From Chiloscyllium plagiosum (lineage: Eukaryota), in contig NC_057719.1 of NCBI RefSeq assembly GCF_004010195.1, forward strand, positions 21,834,576 through 21,855,795: 21,220 bases of DNA, written 5' to 3'. A program made the translations under genes and the position numbers. The notes under the pieces were generated by a model. That model was not told the origin of the DNA. It was given only the letters and a program-made list of their open reading frames with translations, and did no database searches. This document shows, in pieces, positions 1 to 8,755 of the stretch. The stretch's first letter is position 1, and every line of letters starts with the position of its first letter.

Positions 1-85
1 CTGGCAACTGGGGCAAGTTTAATTTAGAATATCTGGTCGGCATTGTCAAGTTGGACCAGATGGTATATCTCTTTGATGCTATAAG
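1..85 (+). mobile_element. Degraded 3' tail of a CR1/HER1-like LINE (runs off the window edge)
   Basis: GGGCAAGTTTAATTTAGAATATCTGGTCGGCATTGTCAAGTTGGACCAGATGG matches the CR1 3' tails at 9210-9293, 11401-11463 and 13787-13900 (-). Confidence 0.7.
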
Positions 86-154
86 AACATCAAGGCAACA
101 CAGAGAAGAGAGAAATCTGCAGCTGTAGGCCTCAGGGTAATAATCCAGTGCTTT

Positions 155-427
155 TCAGTCCCAAAGAAATTTATGCTTTCTTAACGGCTCTGATACTGAA
201 ACCAGCCAAACAGAGTTTGGAAAGCTCTCCATAATAGGGACACGTATCTGCTGTCCTTGTCTCCACCAGCTGCTTCTGTATATTGGTGTTGTATGTACCA
301 TCACATGAGAATCCATTATCAGACACAGTGAGTATGGGTCCTGGATGGTGAACATTCTGCATGAATGACTTCCTCTGCACAGTCTGGTACTTCCTTGGCA
401 ATTCTCTGTTTCGGACCCTTGATGGTC
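155..427 (-). other. Candidate exon D of an unidentified minus-strand spliced transcript (3' boundary uncertain)
   Basis: Strong acceptor ttcccaactttcatttcttacag|GACC at 428/427. Non-repetitive sequence with two long open frames (ORF track 155-487 and 171-479). No homology recognised. Confidence 0.3.
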
Positions 428-608
428 CTGTAAGAAATGAAAGTTGGGAATTGAAACTGTCAAAAGAAGAGGGTGCCAAGATATCACGGTGCCATTATTA
501 TTTTCTTTTGGCTGCTGACATCATGTCAGCATGAGGAAGAACTGTATACTGTTCCATGGTGTGATTTGCAATAGGTAGTTGTGAGGCTCTGATTTTTTTC
601 AAGCATAC

Positions 609-706
609 CAAGATGCATATTTTGTCCACTTCCTCGTCTTCTGAGCTGTCAGTATGGATATGGGTGCAGTGCTCTGTCTTCCCATGGTTTCCTGGATTCT
701 CTTCCC
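609..706 (-). other. Candidate exon C (98 nt) of the minus-strand transcript
   Basis: Acceptor ttcttccttctgaccttttag|GGGAAG and donor TTG|gtatgc; purine-rich, exon-like interior. Confidence 0.4.
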
Positions 707-791
707 CTAAAAGGTCAGAAGGAAGAATCTATGAGTGTAAGAAATACAATGTGTTAATTTGATAGATGATCACCATCTGTAGTTGGGCAGA

Positions 792-1283
792 AACACAGAA
801 ATATAGAAAAAAGGAAAGGAATAGTTTTTTTTAATCTGTTCTATCATTCAATGTGATCATGACTGATTATTCATCTCAATATCCTGTTCTTCCTTTCTCC
901 CCAATCCTTTGATCTCCTTCATTTGAAGAACGAGACCTCCTTCATGAAAGCATTCTCTGTGGCAGAGGCTTACCACAATGTGGGTGAAAATATTTCTCCT
1001 CATCTTAGAACTGAATGTTGTACCCAGTATCCTTAGACTGTGACCACCCACCTGGAAGTGGACTCCTCAGTCATCAGGAACATTCTTCCTGCATTTACCT
1101 TGTCCAGTCCTGTAAGAATCTTATAGATTTCCAGGAGGTCTCCGTTGTTTTTCTAAGCTCCAGTGAATATAGTCCTAATTGGTTCAGTCTCTCTTCATGT
1201 GCCAGTGTTGCCATCTCAGGAATCAGTCTGGCAAAACTTAGTTGTATTCCTTCCATATCCAGAACATCTTTCGTCAGATAAGG
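792..1283 (-). mobile_element. CR1-clade LINE, ORF2 C-terminus and 3' UTR, degraded
   Basis: Minus-strand translation PYLTKDVLDMEGIQLSFARLIPEMATLAHEERLNQLGLYSLE resembles the CR1 ORF2 C-terminal pattern PYLRKDxxxLExVQRRFTRxIPG...YEERLxxLGLxSLE; frameshifted. Confidence 0.85.
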
Positions 1284-1547
1284 GGATGGGTGTGATATTG
1301 TATCAAGATTGAAGGTGATGTCAAATAAGGGTGTGAAGAAGTGCCTAAACAGAGAGGAATGGGTCAGATGTAAAATGAGTTGGAATGAGGATTGATATAT
1401 AGCAGTATGGGAAGACAAAATGAAGGAGAGTGAGAAGGGACACACATAAGTCAATTGAATGTGTTAGTCCAATCATCTTTCCTGCTGTGATTAGACTATT
1501 AAACTTCCAGCACTGAAGTCTGGAACATAGCCCTACACCTCATAAAA

Positions 1548-1837
1548 CTCCTACAGTGTGGGAGCAGGTTATTTGACCCTCTGAAGAGCATCCCAACCAG
1601 ACCCACCACACCCTGTAACCTGCATTTCCTATGGCTAACTACCTAGCCTGCACATCCCTGAACACTATGGGCAATTTAGCATGGCCAGTCTACCCAACCT
1701 ACACATTTTTGGACTGTGGGAGGAAACCCACAAGAGGAGAACATGCAAACTCCACACAGACAGTTGCCTGAGGTTAGAATTGAACCCAAGTCCCTGGCAC
1801 TGTGAAGTAGCAGTGCTAACCTCTGAGCCATCATGCC
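1548..1837 (-). mobile_element. HE1-like V-SINE
   Basis: Reverse complement gives a tRNA-like head (GGCATGATGGCTCAGAGGTTAGCACTGC...GGGTTCAATTC), the V-domain CTGTCTGTGTGGAGTTTGCA...GGTTTCCTCCCACAGTCCAAA and a CR1-like tail. Homologous to the copies at 8256, 18918 and 20366. Confidence 0.9.
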
Positions 1838-1905
1838 ACTCCATTACTGTGCACTATTATCTCTTTTTCTGACCTGCTCAGCAATTTCCAAACACTTCAT
1901 CTTAC

Positions 1906-1930
1906 TCTCTGCAACAGGCTCTTCTTTCTC
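1906..1930 (-). other. Candidate 25-nt exon B of the minus-strand transcript
   Basis: tattccctgttgacag|GAGAAAGAAGAGCCTGTTGCAGAGA|gtaaga; keeps a reading frame open between exons A and C. Confidence 0.3.
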
Positions 1931-2100
1931 CTGTCAACAGGGAATAGCACCATCTCTGAGGATGCCTCTTTGAAGCATGGTGCCACTGTTCCAAAAACGT
2001 GGGCTTGGTTTTTGTTCTGTTTTAATACCGGTAAAATGCTTCAGGTTTCATCCTAGCACAGCTCCTTTAAATAGCTGAGCTGCAATAGAATGATGCTCAC

Positions 2101-2215
2101 TCTGGTGGGTTCTCATGGATGGACGCATGAAAGACAGAAGCCATTGTCCATGGTTGAGTTAGAAAACATTTACTGGAAAGCTGGCAGCTGAAAACTGTAG
2201 TCCTCCACTTGTTGC
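2101..2215 (-). other. Candidate exon A (115 nt) of the minus-strand transcript
   Basis: Acceptor cattttctgacctgaacttgcag|GCAAC and donor AGA|gtgagc; contains ATGs at 2151 (ACCATGG) and 2144. Confidence 0.35.
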
Positions 2216-2935
2216 CTGCAAGTTCAGGTCAGAAAATGATAGTAACTGCTAACAAACACAGCAACATCCCTATTAATAAAAGAAATCCAACTGAAAGGAT
2301 CAGGCATCTGTGAAAAGGGTTGTTTTGAGTCAACAACCAATCCCAATTGCACAGTTGTGGAGAAGGGAGAACACCTAAGAATTTTACATGTGGAAGATGA
2401 TGAGTTATGCAAACCTTTCCTCAAGAGATTGATTAAGTAAGTAAAGCTAATAATGTGGTAGCTTGTGATAGGACCTTAGGGAAGGGACAATTATTTTTTA
2501 CCTGTAAAGGATTCTCTTATACCTTGTTTCTCAGTGGCTTGTTTTGCAGAAGGATTCCCATTGTGGCCTATTTATTTGACGAAATAATTATATATTTAAG
2601 GCATAATCTACGACACAGAATTCTGGCCTTGTTAGTTTATATTAATTTACCACATCAGTCTTTATTTTTTCTTAAGTATTAAAATGCATAATTACCATTA
2701 GGACTATAACTGCAAAGACCAATTTGCCCGAAGACAGAAAAACAAGTCATAAAACCTTGCATCACTGAATTCTTCAAAATTAACAATACCATCAATTTAT
2801 TCATGACCACCAATCATTGTTCTGGATCACCTATGGATATAGCAAAGTTATAGCAAACTCTAACAAGTATTTTATTAAGAGGATAGATACAGCCAAAATG
2901 ACAATGGATGTAAATCCAATGGCTGTCTGAAGAGA

Positions 2936-3050
2936 TGAGGAGGAAGTGCCAGTGAACAAAATTAAAAATCACTCAACACCAGATTATAGTCCAGCAGGTT
3001 TAGACTCTAATTTGTTGGACTATAACCTGGTGTTTTGTGAATTTGAACCT
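2936..3050. mobile_element. Short fold-back insertion of a Penelope-like terminal sequence with a 12-bp TSD
   Basis: Flanked by TGTCTGAAGAGA at 2924-2935 and 3051-3062. Inverted arms AAAAATCACTCAACACCAGATTATAGTCCAGCA and TGTTGGACTATAACCTGGTGTTTTGTGAATTT. Same family as 7146-7209. Confidence 0.75.
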
Positions 3051-3174
3051 TGTCTGAAGAGAGAGAGAGAGAGAAACCCTTGGAATGTCACACCTGTCAA
3101 GATGTCAAAGAAGCTTCAAAGAGATAGATTTGGAAGGTTAAAATGAATGACAACCTCAATTTGGGAGTTATCTC

Positions 3175-3396
3175 TGCTGTGTCGCTATAGTCTTACCAGG
3201 CCACAGGGACTGCTTTCTCATTGGAGAGAGAAGCAACTGGTGGTGATTTAACCAGAGGGCCACAAGACCTCAGGTGAGGGGAGAGGGGGATAACGTGAGT
3301 CCTTAATGATAACCTCAAAATGGTGATGGGAATAAAACCCATGCTGTTGACATCATACTGTTCTATGAACCGACAATCCAACCAACTGGATTCCCC
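3175..3396 (-). mobile_element. tRNA-derived SINE (second family) with an imperfect 12-bp TSD
   Basis: Flanked by GGGAGTTATCTC (3163-3174) and GAGAGTTACCTC (3397-3408). Homologous to 19345-19555 (+) and 19150-19333 (-). The site is empty in the paralogous repeat at 6663-6674. Confidence 0.8.
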
Positions 3397-3629
3397 GAGA
3401 GTTACCTCAGACTGTGAACATGATGGGAGAAAAGATAATAGTCTGGAAAAAGATTACGCTTTGACAAATCTCTTTTCAAGGAGGTGCAAGAATAGGAGTC
3501 ACAAGACTAGTACTCTGAAGATCACAGTTGAAGAACTCACTTTCAAGCCATTGTTTTAGAGGAACTGCAGAAGGTTACCTTGAGTTTGCACTGCTGCAAT
3601 AGATAAAAACTGTTATCGTCTTAGAGGAC

Positions 3630-3692
3630 TGCATGTTGCTGTTCCTTTAGAGTGGAAGATGATGATAATGGTTTAACCTGAGGATCACCACT
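3630..3692 (-). mobile_element. 3' fragment of the same tRNA-SINE family
   Basis: GGTTTAACCTGAGGATCACCAC matches the family motif (compare GATTTAACCAGAGGGCCAC at 3245 and GGTGACCTCAGGCTAAACCA at 19471). Confidence 0.55.
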
Positions 3693-3821
3693 TGTCATTC
3701 AGCTCCTCATTGCTTGTGAAGCGAGACCTTGGACTCTGACAGCTCTAAGCATGACCTAGACTTGTATCGGAGGCTACCTTTGACTTATTGTACCATCAGC
3801 CTTTCAGCTAAATTGAGTTTG

Positions 3822-4463
3822 CTATGGTGATGTCATTTCCTGTTCTTTTTCTAAGGAGGTGTTAAATTGGGTCCAAGTCAATGTGTTTGTTGATAGAGTT
3901 CCAGTTGGAATGCCATGCTTTGAGGAATTCTCATGTGTGTCTCTGTTTGGCTTGTCCTAGGGTGGATGTGTCGTCCCAGTCAAAGTGGTGTCCTTCCTTG
4001 TCTATATGCAAGGATACTAGTATGAGAGGGTCATGTCATTTTGTGGCCAGTTGATGTTCATGTATCCACAAAAAGACATGACCCTCTCTCACTAGTATCC
4101 TTACATACAGACGAGGATGGACACCTCTTCGACTGGGACAACACTTCCATCCTAGGACAAGCCAAACAGAGAGACACACAAGAATTCCGAGAAGCATGGC
4201 ATTTAAACCGGCACTCTATCAATAAACACCTTGACTTGGACCCCATTTATCACTCCCTGAGAAAAAGAACAGGAAATGACATCACCATAGGAAACACATC
4301 ACCACAGGAAATGACATCACCAACCAAAGAAACCCAAGCATATAAATAGAAAGCAGGAATCATCAGCGGTCTTTGTCTGGAGGCTCACTGAAGATTTTAC
4401 CTAATATGGTGATGAAACGTCTGAAAATGAACCTTCCAGGTCAGTGAGCAAACCTACATCCAG
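3822..4463 (+). mobile_element. Penelope-like element remnant: GIY-YIG endonuclease C-terminus plus terminal repeat, preceded by an inverted partial copy
   Basis: 4066-4290 translates TKRHDPLSLVSLHTDEDGHLFDWDNTSILGQAKQRDTQEFREAWHLNRHSINKHLDLDPIY, a PLE endonuclease C-terminal pattern. 3822-4065 is the inverted copy (IHEHQLATK... on -). A short tandem of AGGAAATGACATCACC lies at 4271-4324, followed by a hammerhead-like core. Confidence 0.85.
4385..4424 (+). ncRNA. Minimal type I hammerhead ribozyme-like motif in the PLE terminus
   Basis: UCA-CUGAAGA-(u)-stem II UUACC/GGUGA-(u)-GAAAC-GUC-UGA. It has the CUGANGA and GAAA boxes, a GUC cleavage triplet, a short stem I (UCA/UGA) and a palindromic ACGU in place of stem III. 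Confidence 0.65.
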
Positions 4464-4777
4464 AGTAGGAACATATCGTTGAGTGCAAAGTTTCTGATGC
4501 AGCCTGACATACAACATTGAAGTGCAAAAGTGTCCTGTACATGAATGAGAGAAATGCAGTGAAGATTCTTGGAGGTTGGTATGCCTCAGACACTAATATC
4601 CGTAAATGTGGATTGCATTTGGTTGGTGCCTATGAATTATACTCTGAGATGCTAATGCCCAGTGTACAATATAGAGGTCTTTTGGAGCAAGTGACAAGCA
4701 GAATCTGCCAAGTGCATGCTCTGGTTTCCTTGTCAGGATGTCCAAATGTCTGCCTTGTTTGATGACATTAGTAAGGT

Positions 4778-5130
4778 GAGACTTGAAATTTAACAGGATT
4801 AAGCAAGGCATACACAGGAAGGATGTTCTCTCTGACTGAGGAGTTCAGAACCAGGGGCCAAAGGCTAAGGATATGGGGTAAACCTTTTAGCTTGTAGACA
4901 AGAAGGAATTTCTTCACTCAGAGAGTGGTGAGCCTGTGGAATTGTCTACCACAGGAAACTGTTGAGGTCAAAATATTGAAGACTTTCAAGAAACATGCAG
5001 ATAAAGTTCTCAGGAATAAAGGGAACAAAGGATATATAATGGGAATAGGGTACAGAGTTGGATGATCATTCATAATCAGTTTGAATGAGCAAATAGCCTA
5101 GTCTTGTTCCTATACTCAATGTTTCTATGT
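4778..5130 (+). mobile_element. CR1-clade LINE 3' fragment
   Basis: AGAACCAGGGGCCA (TRGH-like) and AGGAATTTCTTCACTCAGAGAGTGGTGAGCCTGTGGAATTGTCTACC (RNFFTQRVVSLWNCLP), with a tail ending GTTTCTATGT. Confidence 0.85.
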
Positions 5131-5335
5131 AATTAATTAGATGATTTGTGAGGTTAACAAGACAGATAACTATCAATAATGCCCATCAGTTGGCATCTCA
5201 CTGCTGCTGAGCAAGAATCTGACCATGCCACTTGTGAAAATGATAATAATGTGGAGCGATATAATCCTGATATTGTGTGTATCACCTGATTCAGTGACAC
5301 GCCTTACAAGAGGCCACATGACAGTGTCCTTGATA

Positions 5336-5965
5336 AGATTTCACCCTGTATGTTTCAACTGCCAAAAGGTAGGGCATGCTTGGCCCAATTGCTGGAGGCT
5401 AAGGGATTTGCTGGGGCGTTATTGCCCGATACAGAGAATGGGACTCAGTCAGAGAAGCGCAGCAGGTCAGGCAGCATCCAAGAAACAGGAGAATCGACGT
5501 TTTGGGCATGAGCCCTTCTTCCTGAAGAAGGGTTCATGCCCGAAACATCGATTCTCCTGCTCTTTGGATGCTGCCTGATCTGCTGCGCTTTTCCAGCAAC
5601 ACATTTTCAGCTCTGATCTCCAGCATCTGCAGTCCTCACTTTCTCCACTCAGTCAGAGAGCAGAGCAGACCAGGCTATGGCTCTGAATACAGTGGCAAAA
5701 CCCTGTAAAGGCTCATCTGAGAGTGTGGATGATATTAAGTGAATCCCTGAGAACTGGGAGTATTTTGTGTACAAAGGAAGGGTCACCTTATTTCACCAGA
5801 GTGAGGTGAACAAGCCTGTCATGACACTGAGGGATACTGGAGCTGGCCAAACTGAACTGCTAAGAACAAATATTCCCTTCCCACCACAGAGTACAGTAAG
5901 AGCCAAGGTTCTGGTACGAGGCATTGCAGGAGGACACATACCCTTTACTGGGTGCATCTGTAGTG
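5336..5965 (+). pseudogene. Fossil Ty3/gypsy gag zinc knuckle and aspartic protease (interrupted by the PLE insert at 5456-5646)
   Basis: CFNCQKVGHAWPNC is a C-X2-C-X4-H-X4-C knuckle (about 5351-5392). KPVMTLRDTGAGQT is a retropepsin D(T/S)GA site (ORF 5767-5991). Stop codons lie between the two. Confidence 0.85.
5456..5646 (+). mobile_element. Palindromic mini Penelope-like insertion with a 13-bp TSD and a hammerhead-like core
   Basis: ACTCAGTCAGAGA at 5443-5455 and 5647-5659. Inverted arms at about 5455-5520 and 5525-5590. CUGAAGA-A-GGGUUCAUGCCC-GAAAC-AUC at 5522-5549. Confidence 0.85.
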
Positions 5966-5974
5966 TGAACCTGT

Positions 5975-6060
5975 GTCATAAGAACATATGACTTAGGAGC
6001 ACGTGAAGGCTATTTGAACCCTCAAGCCTGCCCCATCATTCAGCAAGACCACGGCTGATC
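5975..6060 (-). mobile_element. CR1-like LINE extreme 3' tail
   Basis: CATAAGAACATATGACTTAGGAGC...GGCTATTTGAACCCTCAAGCCTGCCCCATCATTCA...GGCTGATC is the reverse complement of a CR1-type tail. Confidence 0.65.
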
Positions 6061-6063
6061 ATT

Positions 6064-6156
6064 GCTGAAAATGTGTTGCTGGAACAGCGCAGCAGGTCAG
6101 GCAGCATCCAGGGAACAGGAGAATCGATGTTTCAGGCATAAGCCCTTCTTCAGGAA
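6064..6156 (-). mobile_element. Penelope-like terminal repeat with a hammerhead-like core
   Basis: Near-identical to 20984-21077 and the reverse complement of 5519-5612. The minus strand reads UUCCUGAAGAAGGGCUUAUGCCUGAAACAUCGAUUC. Confidence 0.85.
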
Positions 6157-6178
6157 AAACTAAGGATGAGCTGCTGGA

Positions 6179-6400
6179 CCTTGTGGAGAGGTTTAAGACC
6201 CAGAATATCAGGGTTTATTTGTTTGGAGTTTGTTCCTTCAATAGTACCACTTAAAAACCACCCAGATTGCCAGAAAATTAGAAGTGATTGCCAATAGACC
6301 TTCCAGGACATAGAGAAAACTGATTAGAACTGAAGTGATATAATTGATCAAGGCGAGAAGAATGAATGTGAGTGTGAATATATCTGTTATTTTATGTTTG
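6179..6400 (+). pseudogene. Fossil gypsy RNase H C-terminus, pol stop (6311-6313) and 3' UTR
   Basis: LVERFKTQNIR / LFVWSLFLQ*YHLKTTQIARKLEVIANRPSRT* resembles RWSLxLQxYxxxIxHxxGxxNxxADALSR. Aligns at the nucleotide level with the reverse complement of 9480-9692. Confidence 0.75.
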
Positions 6401-6535
6401 CTTTCATTTTGATTTCGTTTTCCTTCTGTAATAAAATTAAAAGAATCTCAAATGTCGGAATTATGGATCACAAACCCAATTTACTGTGGACATTTTGATA
6501 TTTTTAAAAAATGAGTGAATACATATAAGTCACTG

Positions 6536-6760
6536 TGGATACAAATTCAGTGGCTGTCTGGAAAGAGAGACCCTTGGAATTTTACACCTGATAACATGTC
6601 AAAGCAACAAAGGGATGGATTTAAAGAGAAAAAATACATTGCAAACTGAACTGTAATCTCCTGGGAGTTATCTCAGACTATGAACATGATGGAAGAAAGG
6701 ACAATAGTCTGGGCAAGAGACAGCTTTTGTGTGTTTCCACTACAAGAATACAGAAGGAAG
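6536..6760 (+). repeat. Old LTR-like repeat, copy 2 (may extend to about 7140)
   Basis: Uninterrupted paralog of 2905-3500, located just downstream of the pol stop and 3' UTR. Confidence 0.65.
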
Positions 6761-7145
6761 GAGATTACAAGGCAATCAAATGCTGGCCTGTGTGTGCCTG
6801 TGGAGAAAGATAAGCTCATGAACTGAGGGAGCTCATGTGTGACATTGAGCTGAGTTTATTGTGCATACTAACCAGCGTTCGAGCACTCGTATACTGTCAA
6901 CATTATAATCAAAGAATCACCCACCAGTCACCCCTATGTTGCAGGTAAAAGAGTATCTTGCTCTGAGTGCTAGAAGTCAACTAGCCAGCAGACCAGTGAA
7001 AAAGAAACAGACCAAATAATCTGTCAAGCCAAGAATCTCAAAATTGACTGCTTGACGACCAATGTTTTACTTTACACTCTTCAAGATTAACTCAGAGACT
7101 GAACTGTATATCTTTTAACTTCTTAATTTCTTTGTCTTTTTTGAT

Positions 7146-7209
7146 GTGGAGGTGCCGGTGTTGGACTGGGGTGGATAAAGTTAAGAATCACCCAACACCA
7201 GGTTATAGG
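7146..7209 (-). mobile_element. Penelope-like terminal fragment (second family)
   Basis: GGAGGTGCCGGTGTTGGACTGGGGTGGATAAAGTTAAGAATCACCCAACACCAGGTTATAG; same family as 2936-3050. Confidence 0.65.
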
Positions 7210-7222
7210 TGGAAGTGGATCT

Positions 7223-7515
7223 TGCAGATGCTAGAGATTAGAGTCAAGATTAGAGTGGTACTGGAAAAGCACAGCAGGTCAGGCAGCATCTGAGGAGCAG
7301 GAAAATCAATGTTTCGGGCATAAGCCTTTCATCAGGAATGAGGCTTATGGGCCAGGATCTCTCAGCACCCCCGGCCAACAAGCCTCATTCCTGATGAAGG
7401 GCTTATATCTGAAATGTCCATTCTCCTGCTCCTTGGATGCTGTCTGACCTGCTGTGCTTTTCCAGCACCACAGTCTCAACTCTGATCTCCAGTATCTGCA
7501 GTCCTCACTTTCTCC
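7223..7515. mobile_element. Fold-back pair of Penelope-like termini, each with a CUGAUGA hammerhead-like core
   Basis: Arms at about 7223-7357 and 7371-7500 are imperfect reverse complements. + strand CCTGATGAAGGGCTTATATCTGAAATGTC at 7390; - strand CCTGATGAAAGGCTTATGCCCGAAAC from 7336. Ends in CAGTCCTCACTTTCTCC, as at 5646. Confidence 0.85.
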
Positions 7516-8255
7516 TGAAACTGTAATTGCTTGAGAAACCTTCTTTGGGAACTGGTGATGACAATGTGAGAAATCTGTCCCTAGAAGAAGTCAGTGGTAA
7601 CTGAGCTTGTATTTACTGCAATCAGAATTGTCCAGATTCTAAAGTCATCTGCTGAGGAGATCAGGATCATCCAGGCCGACTGCATCTGTTAGGTCTCACC
7701 TGCAGTGTCAACCCAAGAATCCAAAAGATTCCACTAGAGTTTAGAGTGAATGTTGAATCAGAATGGCTGCATAATCTATTACCATAAGCTTGGAGCATTC
7801 ACTGAGTCCCACAGCATCTGTTCTGGTGACTTGGTTTGGGTTAATGTGGTGTTACAATATCACTTCTCAAAAGGTGTTTGCAATGTTGAGGAGACTGCTT
7901 CTGAACAGAAGTGGAGGAAGTTTACACAAATACTAAACAGTACCAACTGCACAAATGAATAAGCTAATTTGATTTATTTCTTAAATATGGTTGTGAACTG
8001 CATGTTTAATGGTGTATTTTATGATTTGATGTTATTTATCGTAATGTGAAAGCATGTTAATAAATTGAGAGAGGGAGGTCAGAATTTTCCTCAGACAAAA
8101 GCATATTCATTATAGGATCCAGAGACCTGCTCAAATTCTCAATATGCATGGACTCAAGGGGATGAGCAGCCTGCTAATATTTCTAACACACTCCTTTGCT
8201 CCAAGCAAACATCAGAATTCTGAATTATTTTTGAGCTTTCAGTCCGACACAATGG

Positions 8256-8551
8256 GGGAGCATGGTGTTCAGTGGTTAGCACTGCTGCCACACAGCGTCA
8301 GAGACCCAGGATTGATTCCTGCCTTGGGCGACTGTCTATGTAGGTTTTCTCTGGGTGCTCAGGTTTCCTCCCACAATCAGGTTAGGTGAATTGGCCATGC
8401 TAAGTTGCCCATAGTGATAGGTGCATTAGTCACAGGTAAATATTGGGTAAGAGAATGGGTTTGGGCGAGTTTCTCTTCAGAAGGTTGGTGTGGATTTGTT
8501 GGGCCAAAGGGCATGTTTCCATACTGTCAAGGAATCTAATCTACTCTAATC
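8256..8551 (+). mobile_element. HE1-like V-SINE with internal deletions
   Basis: A-box-like CAGTGGTTAGCACTGC, B-box-like GGATTGATTCC, a V-domain remnant and a tail AATCTAATCTACTCTAATC. Confidence 0.9.
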
Positions 8552-8647
8552 AGCTTCACAGGTTCAGGAACACTCTCCCTCTATTTCTCCCGTTACAACC
8601 AGACCCTGGAGTAGGTTCCCCATTCCATTACATTTCCACTCACAATA

Positions 8648-8755
8648 GGCAGGTGGTGTGACAATGTTACTGGATGAGTAATCCAGAACCCCAGGCTAAA
8701 GGTCTGGAGACATAGATACAAATCTCTTTATGGCAGATGGTGAGGTTTGAGTTCA
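8648..8755 (+). mobile_element. 5' fragment of another tRNA-derived SINE
   Basis: GGTGGTGTGACAATGTTACTGGATGAGTAATCCAGA...CCAGGCTAA..TCTGG...CAAATC...ATGGCAGATGGTGA resembles a shark tRNA-SINE head; recognised from memory. Confidence 0.5.

Larger units (their letters stand above)
2905..3500 (+). repeat. Old LTR-like repeat, copy 1 (interrupted by two insertions)
   Basis: Collinear with 6536-6760 (GGCTGTCTG..AGAGA.ACCCTTGGAAT..ACACCTG..ATGTCAAAG..GGGAGTTATCTCAGACT.TGAACATGATGG.AGAAA.GA.AATAGTCTGG) once the inserts at 2936-3050 and 3175-3396 are removed. The LTR identity is inferred from position. Confidence 0.65.

Noticed and set aside
609..706. SSEDEE motif suggesting an acidic SCPP/SPP1-like mineralisation protein
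   Set aside because: No signal peptide is seen, the introns are not uniformly phase 0 as in SCPP genes, and there is an upstream in-frame TGA.
5225..5578. 117-aa ORF as a zinc-knuckle gene
   Set aside because: It is a chance chimera of a gag knuckle remnant and the PLE insertion read in frame.
8256..8330. tRNA genes at SINE heads (also 1770-1837, 19270-19333, 20366-20420)
   Set aside because: The A/B boxes run directly into SINE bodies and there is no intact cloverleaf.
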